DNA of 64,000 nucleotides, from contig JBKQIY010000051.1 of assembly GCA_052148155.1 (NCBI GenBank), forward strand, positions 878-64,877. The letters are read 5' to 3'. Source of the stretch: Acidimicrobiia bacterium. GTDB taxonomy: Bacteria > Actinomycetota > Acidimicrobiia > IMCC26256 > PALSA-610. Positions 1 through 10,183 of the stretch are shown one piece after another; within the stretch, counting starts at the first letter, position 1; each line of letters opens with the position of its first letter. A program made the translations under genes and the position numbers. Under the pieces are notes generated by a model. It saw only the letters and a list, made by a program, of their open reading frames with translations, did no database searches and was not told the DNA's origin.

Positions 1-390
1 GCCGTCGAGATCGAGCCCCTCGCACGCCGCTCGAGAGAGAGCGGTGTATCCGCATTGGCTATCGGAGACCGCCATTCCAATCGCCCTCGACGTCGCCCAA
101 GAGAAGGCGATTCCCGCCCATCTGCGCGCGGCCGGCATCACGGCACGCACGTCGGGCGCCCGGAAGCGAGTGCCCTTCACGTAGTCGGCCTCCCCACGCG
201 CGATGGGAGACACGAGGTCGGGCAAATCCGCGGGACTCATTTGGCCGTCCCCCGCCATCACCACGTAAGCGTCGCGCGCGCTTCCGCCGCCCGCGAGCGC
301 GCGCTTGTAGCCGGTCGCAATGGCGGCGCCCACGCCGCGGTTGCGCTCGTGCCTCAGCACGTCCACACGCACGTCGCCGACTATTGGACA
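1..390 (-). pseudogene. GT2-family glycosyltransferase fragment, N-terminally truncated; 3' end runs off the window
   Basis: My own minus-strand translation. The frame is absent from the ORF track because it has no stop inside the window. It reads ..VLRHERNRGVGAAIATGYKRALAGG..YVVMAGDGQMSPADLPDLVSPIARGEADYVKGTRF..SQCGYTALSRAACEGLDLD. The core motifs are GT2-like, but the usual upstream NE and DDGSxD segments are missing. Confidence 0.55.
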
Positions 391-910
391 CGACGCGCCT
401 CCCAATGGACGGGGCGAAGTGTGGATCAAAGGCCCGACCGTCATGAACCGCGGATACTGGCGGCGACCCGACGCCAACGAGGCAGCATTCACCGACGGGT
501 GGTTCCATACCGGCGACGTCGGCTACCTCGACGAAGACGGCTTCCTCTACCTCGTCGACCGAGCGAAAGACATGATCATCCGGGCGGGAGAGAACGTGTA
601 CTGCGTCGAGGTGGAGAACGTGCTCTTCGACCATCCCGACGTGGTCGACGCCGCGGTCGTCGGTGTGGCGCACAAAACGCTCGGCGAAGAGGTCAAAGCG
701 GTCGTGCAGCTCAAGCCGGGCTCCAACGCGACCGAAGCCGACATTCGAGCGTTCTGCCGAGCGCATCTCGCCGACTTCAAGGTCCCCGAATACGTCGAGA
801 TCCGCGACGAACCGCTGCCGCGCAACCCTGCCGGCAAGGTGTTAAAGAACGTGCTGCGCGGCGGCGATTCGGCGTTCGCGACCGCGGTCGACGACGATCA
901 GGCGCTGTAG
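383..910 (+). pseudogene. Acyl-CoA synthetase / AMP-dependent ligase, C-terminal fragment only
   Basis: ORF 320..910 contains GEVWIKGPTVMNRGYW..GWFHTGDVGYLDEDGFLYLVDRAKDMIIRAGENVY..PRNPAGKVLK, which matches adenylation motifs A7-A10. The roughly 350 aa N-terminal core is absent. Residues before about nt 383 are antisense to the GT2 fragment. Confidence 0.6.
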
Positions 911-934
911 CGCGCCGCGAGGACGGCCGCCGAC

Positions 935-1306
935 GTGCTCTTCGACGTCCACCGCGCGTGGGGATACTCCGCGATTGTCGCGAACTTCCTCGCCGGTGCC
1001 TACACGCTGAGCGCGTGGAAGTGGCCGCGCCTGCGAACGCGCTGGCTGTGGTGGCCGACGATCATCGCCGAGGCGATGATGCTGATCCAGGTGTTCCTCG
1101 GCGTGTTGCTCGTGAGCGCACAGCACTACAAGCCTCCGCGCTTTCACATGTTCTACGGCTTCGTCTCGTTCATCTCGATCGGGTTGCTGTACTCGTACCG
1201 GTATGTCTGGCGTGCGAAAGGATGGATGGAGCTCGCCTACGGATTGGGCGGCCTGTTCATCATGGGCCTCGGAATCCGCGCGGTGCTGCAGGTGGTCGGA
1301 AAATGA
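935..1306 (+). CDS. Small integral membrane protein (about 4 TM), unknown function
   Basis: 123 aa hydrophobic ORF. Its stop overlaps the ddl start in an ATGA arrangement. Confidence 0.5.
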   Translation: MLFDVHRAWGYSAIVANFLAGAYTLSAWKWPRLRTRWLWWPTIIAEAMMLIQVFLGVLLVSAQHYKPPRFHMFYGFVSFISIGLLYSYRYVWRAKGWMELAYGLGGLFIMGLGIRAVLQVVGK

Positions 1307-2397
1307 AGCGCCGACGGGTGCTGTTGCTGTTCGGAGGACGGTCGGCCGAACACGACGTCTCGCGTGCGACGGCGGTCGCGGTCGCGTGCGCGCTCGATCC
1401 CGCCGTCTATGAGGTCGTACCCGTCGCGATCACCACCGACGGGCGCTGGTTACTGGCCGAAGAGGCCATCGTGCAGCTCCAAGGTGCGCGCGACGCGCTG
1501 CCGGGCGCGTTCGCGGTCTCGGGCCCCCCGGTCGAGTTGCCGAGCGATCCCGGACGCGCCGAGCTGGTTCGGCTGGAGTCCGGCGCGCCGGTCGCGGTCG
1601 ATGTGGTCATGCCGTTACTGCACGGGCCATACGGCGAGGACGGAACCGTGCAGGGACTGCTCGAGTTGGCCGGATTGCCGTACGTCGGCGCCGGCGTGTT
1701 GGGCTCCGCGGTCGGTATGGACAAGATCATGATGAAGCGGGCGTTCGCGGCCGCCGGGCTGCCGTTCGCGCGGTACCTGTCCATGCGCGACACCCACGAC
1801 GCCGACAAGTTCGCCGCTCGGGTCGAAACCGACCTTGGGCTCCCGTGCTTTGTCAAACCGTCGAACATGGGCTCGTCGATCGGAGTGTCGAAGGCGCACA
1901 CACGACGCGAGCTCGTAGCCGCGATTGCGCTCGCCTTCGCCTACGACGAGTGGATCGTGGCGGAGGAGGCGATCGTCGGCCGCGAAATCGAAGTGGCGGT
2001 ACTCGGCGACGATCCGCCGGAGGCGTCGCTGCCCGGCGAGGTGGTCCCGGCCGCCGACTTCTACGACTACGCAGACAAATACGAACGCGGCGAGGCGCAG
2101 TTGCTGGTACCCGCGCCGCTCACCGATGCCGAGACCCTCGAGGTACGAACATTGGCAACGCGGGCGTTCGAAGCCTGTCGATGTGAAGCGATGGCGCGTG
2201 TCGACTGCTTCTTACGCGCCGACGGCGCATTCGTCGTGAACGAGCTCAACACGATCCCTGGCTTCACGCCGATCTCGATGTACCCCAAGTTGTGGGAAGC
2301 GTCCGGCGTGAGCTACTCGACGCTCCTCGACCGCCTCATCGACATGGCAATCGCGCGTCACGAACGCCGCGCCCGCCGCGCCGGCCGCCAACGCTGA
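1303..2397 (+). CDS. ddl: D-alanine--D-alanine ligase
   Basis: MKRRRVLLLFGGRSAEHDVSRATA..LHGPYGEDGTVQGLLELAGLPYVGAGVLGSAVGMDK..VNELNTIPGFTPISMYPKLW. This is the C-terminal 364 aa of the 780-aa track ORF. Confidence 0.93.
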   Translation: MKRRRVLLLFGGRSAEHDVSRATAVAVACALDPAVYEVVPVAITTDGRWLLAEEAIVQLQGARDALPGAFAVSGPPVELPSDPGRAELVRLESGAPVAVDVVMPLLHGPYGEDGTVQGLLELAGLPYVGAGVLGSAVGMDKIMMKRAFAAAGLPFARYLSMRDTHDADKFAARVETDLGLPCFVKPSNMGSSIGVSKAHTRRELVAAIALAFAYDEWIVAEEAIVGREIEVAVLGDDPPEASLPGEVVPAADFYDYADKYERGEAQLLVPAPLTDAETLEVRTLATRAFEACRCEAMARVDCFLRADGAFVVNELNTIPGFTPISMYPKLWEASGVSYSTLLDRLIDMAIARHERRARRAGRQR

Positions 2398-2412
2398 ACG
2401 CGCGTCCCGCGG

Positions 2413-2649
2413 CTACAGGTGCACGACCGGGCAGGTCAACGTCCGGGTGATGCCGTCCACGAGCTGGATCTGGGAGACGACCATGCGGCCCAGCTCGTCG
2501 ATCGACGAGGCTTCGGCCCGGAGGATCACGTCGTAGGGACCGGTCACGTCGTCGGCTTGCACCACACCCGGGATCGACCGCACCGCCGCGACCACGCCGG
2601 ACGCTTTCCCGACCTCGGTCTGGATGAGGATGTACGAGCTGACTGCCAT
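2413..2649 (-). CDS. Lrp/AsnC ligand-binding-domain protein (small, about 78 aa)
   Basis: MAVSSYILIQTEVGKASGVVAAVRSIPGVVQADDVTGPYDVILRAEASSIDELGRMVVSQIQLVDGITRTLTCPVV. The internal ATG at 2649 was chosen as the start. Confidence 0.7.
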   Translation of the reverse strand: MAVSSYILIQTEVGKASGVVAAVRSIPGVVQADDVTGPYDVILRAEASSIDELGRMVVSQIQLVDGITRTLTCPVVHL

Positions 2650-2827
2650 CGCGTCGCTCCTCGAGCCGGAAACGGGCGCAGCGTAGCCCCGCCGGTTGCG
2701 CCGGACCGGGCGAGATCCACCGATTTCGGCACGCATGTCAGGCTCCGCCTACGATTCCATACCCGGTTCATTGCGTCTCGGTGACGGCGATCGGCCACCC
2801 GAGCGACCCCGAAGGACTCGCATCGCT

Positions 2828-4651
2828 GTGACCAGCACAACCAAACCCGCGACCGTCCCGCCCACCACGCACCGCAAACTGATCGAATGGGTCGAATCGT
2901 GGACCGCCGTCCTCGAACCGGCAGGCGTGCACTGGTGCGACGGCTCCGACGACGAGTACGAGGCGCTGACCGTCAGCCTCGTCGCGTCGGGCACGTTCGA
3001 TCCGATCGATGCGAAGTTCCGGCCCAACAGCTTCTACGCCCGCAGCGACCCCGGAGACGTCGCGCGAGTTGAGGATTGCACCTTTATCTGCAGCGAACGA
3101 GAACAAGATGCCGGCCCCACCAACCACTGGCGCGCGCCGGACGAGATGCGGGCCGAGATGCGACGTCTCTATTCGGGTTCGATGCGAGGTCGGACGTTGT
3201 ACGTCGTGCCGTTCTCGATGGGGCCGCTCGGATCGCCGATCGCGCACATCGGCGTGGAGCTCACCGACTCGGCGTACGTCGCGGCGAGCATGCGGATCAT
3301 GACCCGAATGGGCAAGGGTGCGCTCGACGTCCTCGGCTCCGACGGCGAGTTTGTTCCGTGCGTGCACTCGGTCGGGATGCCGCTCGCTCCCGGCGAGGCC
3401 GATGTGCCGTGGCCATGCAACAACGTCGACAAGTTCATCGTGCACTTCCCTGAGACACGCGAGATCCAGTCGTACGGTTCGGGCTACGGCGGCAATGCGC
3501 TGCTCGGCAAGAAGTGCTTCGCGCTGCGGATCGCATCGGTTATGGCCCGCGATCAGGGCTGGCTCGCCGAACACATGTTGATCCTCAAGCTCACAAGTCC
3601 GGCGGGAGCGGTCCGCTACGTTGCCGGCGCCTTCCCGAGCGCCTGCGGCAAGACGAACCTCGCGATGCTCGTCCCGACGTTGCCGGGCTGGAAAGCCGAG
3701 ACGATCGGCGACGACATCTGCTGGATGAAATTTCATCCCGACGGCCGCCTCTACGCCATCAACCCCGAGTTCGGCATGTTCGGCGTCGCGCCCGGCACCG
3801 GTCCGGACACGAACCCGAACGCGATCGCGGCGCTCACCGACAACACCGTGTTCACGAACGTGGCCCGAACGCCCGACGGTGACGTCTGGTGGGAGGGTCT
3901 CACCAAAGACAAGCCGGCGCATCTCGTCGACTGGCTCGGCCAGGACTGGACACCGGCATCGCGGGCTCCGGCTGCGCATCCCAACAGCCGCTTCACCGCA
4001 CCGCTCGCGCAGGTGCCGTCGGTTGCCCCCGAATGGGAAGACCCGGCCGGGGTACCGATCTCGGCCATCTTGTTCGGTGGACGGCGAGCCAACACGGTGC
4101 CGCTCGTGACCGAAGCGTTCAACTGGCGCCACGGCGTCTTCCTCGGATCCATCATGGGATCAGAAACCACCGCCGCCGCGCAGGGCGCGGTCGGCACGCT
4201 GCGGCGCGATCCGTTCGCGATGCTGCCGTTCTGCGGCTATCACATGGGCGACTATTTCACGCACTGGCTCGCCATCGGCGAACACGCCGACGCCGACAAA
4301 CTGCCCAAACTTTTCTACGTCAACTGGTTTCGTAAAGGAACCGACGACAAGTTCCTGTGGCCCGGCTACGGCGAGAACAGCCGTGTGCTGGCCTGGATGT
4401 TCGAACGCTGTGACGGCACGGCCACCGCCCGCGAGAGCGCGATCGGCCGCGTCCCGGAACCCGACGCGTTGAAGACCGACGGTCTCACCCTCGCGCCCGG
4501 CGCCCTCGACGAACTGCTCACCGTCGACGTCGACGCATGGCGAGCCGAGCTGCCGCTCATCGAAACGCACTACGAACAGTTCGGTGATCGCCTCCCACAG
4601 GCACTGCGCGACGAACTCGAGGCCATGGCGAAACGTCTCGCCGACAAATAG
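2828..4651 (+). CDS. pckG: Phosphoenolpyruvate carboxykinase (GTP)
   Basis: [73 protein letters not shown]. The GTG at 2828 gives about 607 aa, typical for GTP-PEPCK. Confidence 0.93.
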   Translation: MTSTTKPATVPPTTHRKLIEWVESWTAVLEPAGVHWCDGSDDEYEALTVSLVASGTFDPIDAKFRPNSFYARSDPGDVARVEDCTFICSEREQDAGPTNHWRAPDEMRAEMRRLYSGSMRGRTLYVVPFSMGPLGSPIAHIGVELTDSAYVAASMRIMTRMGKGALDVLGSDGEFVPCVHSVGMPLAPGEADVPWPCNNVDKFIVHFPETREIQSYGSGYGGNALLGKKCFALRIASVMARDQGWLAEHMLILKLTSPAGAVRYVAGAFPSACGKTNLAMLVPTLPGWKAETIGDDICWMKFHPDGRLYAINPEFGMFGVAPGTGPDTNPNAIAALTDNTVFTNVARTPDGDVWWEGLTKDKPAHLVDWLGQDWTPASRAPAAHPNSRFTAPLAQVPSVAPEWEDPAGVPISAILFGGRRANTVPLVTEAFNWRHGVFLGSIMGSETTAAAQGAVGTLRRDPFAMLPFCGYHMGDYFTHWLAIGEHADADKLPKLFYVNWFRKGTDDKFLWPGYGENSRVLAWMFERCDGTATARESAIGRVPEPDALKTDGLTLAPGALDELLTVDVDAWRAELPLIETHYEQFGDRLPQALRDELEAMAKRLADK

Positions 4652-4677
4652 ACGCCAGGCCAGGAGCGTCTGACCAC

Positions 4678-4944
4678 ATGGGACCGATCGGATGGATCGT
4701 CGTCGGATTCGTAGCGGGCGCGTTGGCGCGGCCCGTCACCGGCGGCGGCTGGCGGCTCGGCTGCGTCGGCACGACCGTGGTCGGCGTGCTCGGAGGGCTG
4801 CTCGGCGGGATGCTCTTCAACCTTGCCGGCGATCACGGCATCGGAAAGTTCGGCTTACGGTCGATGTTCGTCGCGTTTGTCGGCGCCGTCGTCCTGTTGG
4901 CCATCTTCGGCATCTTCGGCGGCCGTCACGCCCGACGCCGCTAG
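4678..4944 (+). CDS. GlsB/YeaQ/YmgE (transglycosylase-associated) family membrane protein
   Basis: MGPIGWIVVGFVAGALARPV..GCVGTTVVGVLGGLLGGMLF..VGAVVLLAIFGIF. Confidence 0.75.
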   Translation: MGPIGWIVVGFVAGALARPVTGGGWRLGCVGTTVVGVLGGLLGGMLFNLAGDHGIGKFGLRSMFVAFVGAVVLLAIFGIFGGRHARRR

Positions 4945-5136
4945 CCCACGGTCGCGGCATGCCCGGACCTGCCAGAACACGCGCCCGGTTCGTGCACGCC
5001 GAACTTCACCGTTTCGCTGCGTCTCAGCGCGCCACGGGCCGCCGTCCGCCGCGCCGGCATTCGGAGGCACAGCATCCGACGTTCGGGGTCGTCGGCGAGC
5101 CCCACTGACGGTCAGGGTCCGCTCATGCGGCCGCGC

Positions 5137-5206
5137 AGTCGAGTCGGGGCGGTCGAGTCGGGGCGGTCGAGTCGGGGCAGTCGAGTCGGGGCGGTCGAGA
5201 CGGGCC
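5137..5206. repeat. Tandem repeat, 14-bp unit RGTCGAGTCGGGGC, 5 copies (last copy degenerate)
   Basis: Read directly from the DNA. Copies lie at 5137-5150, 5151-5164, 5165-5178, 5179-5192 and 5193-5206. The array sits between convergent 3' ends. The period is not a multiple of 3. Confidence 0.9.
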
Positions 5207-5433
5207 TAGATCTGCGCGGTTGGGAGGCCAAGATCCGGCTCGGATCCGGCCCGCAGCCGTGTCGCTCGGCCTTCGGTATCGAGGTCGAACACCACCCGTT
5301 GGCCCTGACGCAGCATCCGAAAGATCGAACCGTTCAGCGCGTCGGTCGCCAACACGAGCTCTTCGCGGTCCGTGTCGCGCACGACAATGCCCTCGTGGGT
5401 CGCGGGATCGAACATCTTGATCGTGCCTTGCAT
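5206..5433 (-). CDS. Cold-shock-domain-like small protein (degenerate RNP motifs)
   Basis: MQGTIKMFDPATHEGIVVRD..ALNGSIFRMLRQGQRVVFDLDTEG has the CspA-like layout. It lies immediately downstream of rpmB. Confidence 0.5.
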   Translation of the reverse strand: MQGTIKMFDPATHEGIVVRDTDREELVLATDALNGSIFRMLRQGQRVVFDLDTEGRATRLRAGSEPDLGLPTAQI

Positions 5434-5457
5434 GGCTGCGCCTCGGCCGATCGAGGG

Positions 5458-5646
5458 CTACGGCTTCACGACCTTGCCCGCCTTCAGGCAAGAGGTGCAC
5501 ACGTTGACCCGTTTGGGTGCGCCGTTCACGATCGAGCGGACGCGCTGAATGTTCGGATTCCAGCGGCGCTTCGTACGACGGTGTGAGTGGCTGAGCTTCA
5601 TGCCGAAGATCGGCTTCTTGCCACACACATCGCAAACAGACGACAT
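5458..5646 (-). CDS. rpmB: 50S ribosomal protein L28 (CxxC...CxxC zinc form)
   Basis: MSSVCDVCGKKPIFGMKLSHSHRRTKRRWNPNIQRVR..VCTSCLKAGKV. Confidence 0.93.
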   Translation of the reverse strand: MSSVCDVCGKKPIFGMKLSHSHRRTKRRWNPNIQRVRSIVNGAPKRVNVCTSCLKAGKVVKP

Positions 5647-5771
5647 CGCGCTACACCTCTGACGAACGGGGACGAACCGGAGAAAGGAGCCGGGTCAAGC
5701 TAGCACCGCAGGTGTTGCAACCTTCGGGCGAGAGTCTGTGCGGTTGTGCGCCTGGCTCTAGTCTGACGGGG

Positions 5772-7406
5772 ATGCCGACCCTGACGAGCCTGGGGGCCGC
5801 GGATCTGCGCCAGGCCCTCCTGCGCTTCCGCGACGCCGTGCGTTCGCATCAGGACGAACTCAACCGACTCAACGTATACCCGGTGCCAGACGGCGATACC
5901 GGCACCAACATGGCGCTCACGCTGGAGTCGGTCGGCGCCGAGTTGGCCCAATCCGAGTCGATGAGCGAGGTCTGTCACGCGATCAGCCGCGGTTCGTTGA
6001 TGGGCGCGCGGGGCAACTCAGGTGTGATCCTGTCGCAGATCCTGCGCGGCTTGGCCGACGAGTGCCGCGACCGGGACGAGATCGCGACCCCCGATCTCGT
6101 GCGCGGCTTCCGCCACGCAGCCGACGCGGCCTACGAAGCGGTGATGCGTCCCGTCGAAGGGACCATCTTGACCGTCGTTCGTGCGATCGCGGAATCGGTC
6201 GAAGCGCTCGATGCGCCCACCCTCGTGACCATGTTGGAACGTGGTTCCGATGCTGCACGCGCCGCGGTCGCGCGTACACCCGACCTCCTGCCCGTGTTAC
6301 GAGAGGCCGGCGTTGTCGACGCCGGCGGCAAAGGGCTCGCGCTGTTGCTCGACGCGCTGCTCGAGGTGGTCGACGGCCGGCCGATCCCCGCCCCCGACGT
6401 TGTCGGCACACCCGCCGCGGTCGCCGCGCACCTCGCAGGGGAAAATGACGTGTCGGGCCTGCGTTACGAGGTCATGTATCTCCTCGACGCGCAGGACGCC
6501 ACCATCGCGGCGTTTCGCCAAGCGTGGGCCGCGATCGGCGACTCGATTGTCGTGGTCGGCGGCGACGGGATCTGGAACTGCCACGTGCACACCAACGACA
6601 TCGGGGCTGCGGTCGAGGCCGGCATCGACGCCGGTCATCCTCACGCGATCCGCGTGACCGACCTGTTGGAACAGGTCGAAGAGGAACGTTGGGTGCGCGA
6701 AGCGGAGGTCGTCGCCGACCTCACCGCCGCCGTCGCAGACGCCGCACCGGTCATGACCGCGGTCGTGGCCGTCGGCGTCGGGAACGGCGTCCGGCGGCTG
6801 CTGACCAGCTTGGGTGTGCAGCGTGTCGTCGCGGGAGGTCAGTCGATGAACCCTTCGACTGCGCAGATCCTCGAGGCGGTCGAAGCGTGTGCGGCCGAGA
6901 ACGTGGTCGTACTCCCGAACAACAAGAACATCGTCGCGGTCGCCAGCCAAGTCGACGCGCTGACCGACAAGCACGTCGCGGTCGTGGCTACGACCAGCGT
7001 TCCCGAGGCTCTCGCCGCGCTCGTCGAGTACGACCCGAACGCCGGTCTCGGCGAAAACGAGGCGACGATGTCGTCAGCCCGTGAACGGGTCCGGACCGGT
7101 GAAGTGACCCAGGCGGTACGAGACACGATCGTCGAGGTCGGCGCGATCCGCAAAGGCGATTGGATCGCGCTGTCGCGCGACGGCATCGTCGCCACGACCC
7201 GCTCGCCCAGCGACGCGGTCTGCGAGTTGCTCGCCAAGCTCGTCGACGACGAGAGCGAGATCGTCACCGTGTTGGTCGGCTCCGACGCGGCAGCCAAGGA
7301 CACAGAGCGGATACGCGAGCACATCGAGGTCACGTTCCCGCACCTCGAAGTCGAGTTCCATGACGGCGGACAGCCGCTGTACCGATATCTCGTCGGTGTG
7401 GAGTAA
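5772..7406 (+). CDS. DAK2-domain fusion protein (YloV family)
   Basis: LNVYPVPDGDTGTNMALTLESV..ARGNSGVILSQILRG. Its position between rpmB and recG matches the usual arrangement. The ATG at 5772 was chosen as the start. Confidence 0.85.
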   Translation: MPTLTSLGAADLRQALLRFRDAVRSHQDELNRLNVYPVPDGDTGTNMALTLESVGAELAQSESMSEVCHAISRGSLMGARGNSGVILSQILRGLADECRDRDEIATPDLVRGFRHAADAAYEAVMRPVEGTILTVVRAIAESVEALDAPTLVTMLERGSDAARAAVARTPDLLPVLREAGVVDAGGKGLALLLDALLEVVDGRPIPAPDVVGTPAAVAAHLAGENDVSGLRYEVMYLLDAQDATIAAFRQAWAAIGDSIVVVGGDGIWNCHVHTNDIGAAVEAGIDAGHPHAIRVTDLLEQVEEERWVREAEVVADLTAAVADAAPVMTAVVAVGVGNGVRRLLTSLGVQRVVAGGQSMNPSTAQILEAVEACAAENVVVLPNNKNIVAVASQVDALTDKHVAVVATTSVPEALAALVEYDPNAGLGENEATMSSARERVRTGEVTQAVRDTIVEVGAIRKGDWIALSRDGIVATTRSPSDAVCELLAKLVDDESEIVTVLVGSDAAAKDTERIREHIEVTFPHLEVEFHDGGQPLYRYLVGVE

Positions 7407-7420
7407 CGGGAACGCAACCG

Positions 7421-9577
7421 GTGCCGCCCGGCGACCCGCCCCTGACGTTGCGGGACCTACGCGAGATCGAGCTGGGCCGCCTCGCCGGCGTCGGGCCCGC
7501 GCTCGACGCGCGACTCGCCGATATGGGCCTGTTCACGGTGCTCGACCTGCTCCAGCACTATCCGCGCCGGTGGGTCGACCGTACGAAGCGGGTCGAGATC
7601 GCGGCGCTCGAAGTGGGCGAAGCGGCCACCGTGATCGGCGAGGTGCGGTCGGTGCACGCTCGCCGCACCCGCAATCGCAAGGCGCTCGTCGAGGTGGTGA
7701 TCCACGACGGCTCGTCGCTGCTGAACGTCACCTTCTTCAACCAGGCCTGGCGTCAGAAGCAGCTCGCGGTCGGCACCGAAGTATCGCTGTACGGCAAGCT
7801 CGACGTGTACCGCGGCAAACGACAGATGGCAATGCCGGTCGTCGATGTGCTCGGCCGCGCCGGCGTCGCCGACGACAAGACCGGCGTGATCCTGCCGATC
7901 TATCCGCAGTCGGGGAAAGCGGAAGTCTTCACCTGGCAGCTGCGAACACTCGTCGGTGAGGCGCTCACCAAGTGCGCGGCACGCGGGTTCGCCGACCCCG
8001 TCGACGAAACGCTGCTCGACCGGCATGATCTCATCGGACGCACGGTCGCGATGCGGGCCATCCACCGTCCCGATTCGATGGTCGAGCAGCGCGCCGCGTA
8101 CCGCAGGCTGGTGTTCGACGAGTTCTTGCGGATGCAGGTCGGAATGGTCGCCCGCAAGCGAGCGCTGGCGGCGGAAGAGTCGGGGATCCGCCACGTTGTC
8201 GACGGTCGGCTGGTCGACGCGTTCCTCGCCGAGTTGCCGTTCGCCTTGACTCCCGATCAGGTCCGCGCGATCGACGAAATCACCCACGACATGGCCGGCG
8301 CCGCGCCGATGCACCGACTCCTACAGGGCGACGTCGGATCCGGCAAGACAGTCGTCGCGCTCGCAGCACTGCTCGTCGCGGTGCAAGGCGGATACCAAGG
8401 GGCGTTCATGGCTCCGACCGAGGTGCTGGCCGAACAGCACTTTCTCGGCTCCGTCCGATTGCTCGAGGGCCTGACCGTCGGAGCCGAGAACTCGCTGTTG
8501 GGTGACCGTCCGGTCCGGGTCGAACTGCTGACGAACCGCACCACCGCCGCCGAACGTCGCCGCATCGCCAAAGGGCTCAACGACAACGAGGTCGACATCC
8601 TCGTCGGAACGCACGCGTTGCTGTACGGCGACGCCGAGTTCACCAATCTCGGTTTCGCTGTGATCGACGAACAGCACCGGTTTGGCGTCGAACAGCGCGC
8701 GCTGCTGAAGGCGAAAGCGACCGGCGAAGTGGTGCCCGACGTGCTCGTGATGACCGCGACGCCGATCCCGCGCACCGCGGCGATGCTCGTGTACGGCGAC
8801 CTCGACAAGTCGGAGCTGCGAACGATGCCGCCGGGTCGGACACCGATCGCGACGAAAGTCGTCGGCCCCGAGCCGCTCGATCAGCTCGCCATGTGGAAGC
8901 GTCTCCGCGACGAAGTGAGCGCCGGCCACCAGGCGTACGTCGTGTGCCCGCTGGTGGAGGAAAAAGGCAAGATCGAGGCCAAGGCCGCGACCGTCGAGTA
9001 CGAACGTCTCCAGCGCGAAGAGCTCGCCGAGCTCCGGCTCGGTTTATTGCACGGCCAGCTGCCCTCGAAAGACAAAGAGGCCGTAATGGCCGCATTCCGG
9101 GCCCGCCAGCTCGATGTGCTGGTGGCCACGACGGTGATCGAAGTCGGCGTCGACGTCCCCAACGCCACGGTGATGATCGTCGAAGACGCCGACCGTTTCG
9201 GCCTGTCGCAGCTCCACCAGCTGCGCGGCCGAGTTGGCCGAGGCGCGGACCGGTCGTGGTGTTTCCTCGTCGCCGATCCGACGACTTCCGACGGCGAGGC
9301 ACGCATGGAAGCGATCGCCGCGTCGGTCGACGGGTTCCTGCTCGCCGAGAAAGATCTCGAGATCCGCGGCGCCGGCGAGGTGTTCGGCGCCAAGCAGTCG
9401 GGGATCAACGACCTCAAGCTCGGTCGCATCCCACGCGACGAGCAGGTCGTTGTCGAGGCTCGCCGCGCCGCCGAACAGATCCTCGACGACGACCCCGACC
9501 TCGCCGTCCACGCGCAGCTTCGCGAGGAGGTCGAGGATCTGCTCGGCGACGCGGTCGAGTTTCTCTTCAAGAGCTGA
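7421..9577 (+). CDS. recG: ATP-dependent DNA helicase RecG
   Basis: LLQGDVGSGKTVVA..VIDEQHRFGVEQR..MTATPIPRT..SQLHQLRGRVGRG. Confidence 0.93.
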   Translation: MPPGDPPLTLRDLREIELGRLAGVGPALDARLADMGLFTVLDLLQHYPRRWVDRTKRVEIAALEVGEAATVIGEVRSVHARRTRNRKALVEVVIHDGSSLLNVTFFNQAWRQKQLAVGTEVSLYGKLDVYRGKRQMAMPVVDVLGRAGVADDKTGVILPIYPQSGKAEVFTWQLRTLVGEALTKCAARGFADPVDETLLDRHDLIGRTVAMRAIHRPDSMVEQRAAYRRLVFDEFLRMQVGMVARKRALAAEESGIRHVVDGRLVDAFLAELPFALTPDQVRAIDEITHDMAGAAPMHRLLQGDVGSGKTVVALAALLVAVQGGYQGAFMAPTEVLAEQHFLGSVRLLEGLTVGAENSLLGDRPVRVELLTNRTTAAERRRIAKGLNDNEVDILVGTHALLYGDAEFTNLGFAVIDEQHRFGVEQRALLKAKATGEVVPDVLVMTATPIPRTAAMLVYGDLDKSELRTMPPGRTPIATKVVGPEPLDQLAMWKRLRDEVSAGHQAYVVCPLVEEKGKIEAKAATVEYERLQREELAELRLGLLHGQLPSKDKEAVMAAFRARQLDVLVATTVIEVGVDVPNATVMIVEDADRFGLSQLHQLRGRVGRGADRSWCFLVADPTTSDGEARMEAIAASVDGFLLAEKDLEIRGAGEVFGAKQSGINDLKLGRIPRDEQVVVEARRAAEQILDDDPDLAVHAQLREEVEDLLGDAVEFLFKS

Positions 9578-10173
9578 TGGCACGCGCCGCCGGAACCGGA
9601 GTCCGGGTGATCGCAGGCTCGCGACGCGGTCGGCGGTTGGTCGTCCCGACCGGTGACGGCGTCCGCCCCACCAAGGACATCGTCCGCGAAGCCATGTTCT
9701 CGGCGCTCGACTCCCGCGCCATGATCGCCGACGCTGTCGTCCTCGACCTGTACGCCGGGTCGGGCGCGCTGGCGATCGAGTCGCTGTCACGCGGCGCGGC
9801 CCGGGCCGTGTTGGTCGAACACGACCGGTCCGCGCTCGACGCGATCAGCCGCAATCTCGATCAGTTGGACCTCCAGCCGCAGGCACGCGTCGCACGGTCG
9901 AGCGTCGTGAACTTCCTCGCGGCGCCAGCTCCCGACGAAGCCCCGTTCGGCCTGGTGTTCGCCGATCCGCCGTATGAGACCTCGGATGACACCGTCGCCG
10001 CGCTGATCGGCTCGCTCACGGCGCCCGGCTGGCTCGCGGCCGGCGCCCTGATCGCCGTAGAACGCCCGGCCCGGGCCCAAACCCGACCGCCGGAGGGGTT
10101 CCAGGCCTGCTGGGAGCGTACGTTCGGCGATACGCTCGTGGTCTTCGTCGACGCCTTCGACCCGTCCGGCTGA
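9577..10173 (+). CDS. rsmD: 16S rRNA (guanine966-N2)-methyltransferase RsmD
   Basis: VIAGSRRGRRLVVPTGDGVRPTKDIVREAMFSAL..LDLYAGSGALAIESLSRGA..VFADPPY. Its ATG shares one base with the recG TGA. Confidence 0.88.
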   Translation: MARAAGTGVRVIAGSRRGRRLVVPTGDGVRPTKDIVREAMFSALDSRAMIADAVVLDLYAGSGALAIESLSRGAARAVLVEHDRSALDAISRNLDQLDLQPQARVARSSVVNFLAAPAPDEAPFGLVFADPPYETSDDTVAALIGSLTAPGWLAAGALIAVERPARAQTRPPEGFQACWERTFGDTLVVFVDAFDPSG

Positions 10174-10183
10174 CAGGAGCTCA

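Noticed and set aside
55-1302. N-terminal 416 aa of the 780-aa track ORF (55..2397)
   Set aside because: The sequence is Arg/Pro-rich and not protein-like. It overlaps the ligase fragment and the membrane-protein ORF. Only the ddl portion from ATG 1303 is recognisable.
2768-4132. 454-aa minus-strand ORF
   Set aside because: It is antisense shadow of pckG, with Arg-rich composition and no recognisable motifs.
5137-5206. Possible CRISPR array
   Set aside because: The 14-bp units are directly adjacent with no spacers, and no cas genes are present. It is a simple tandem repeat.
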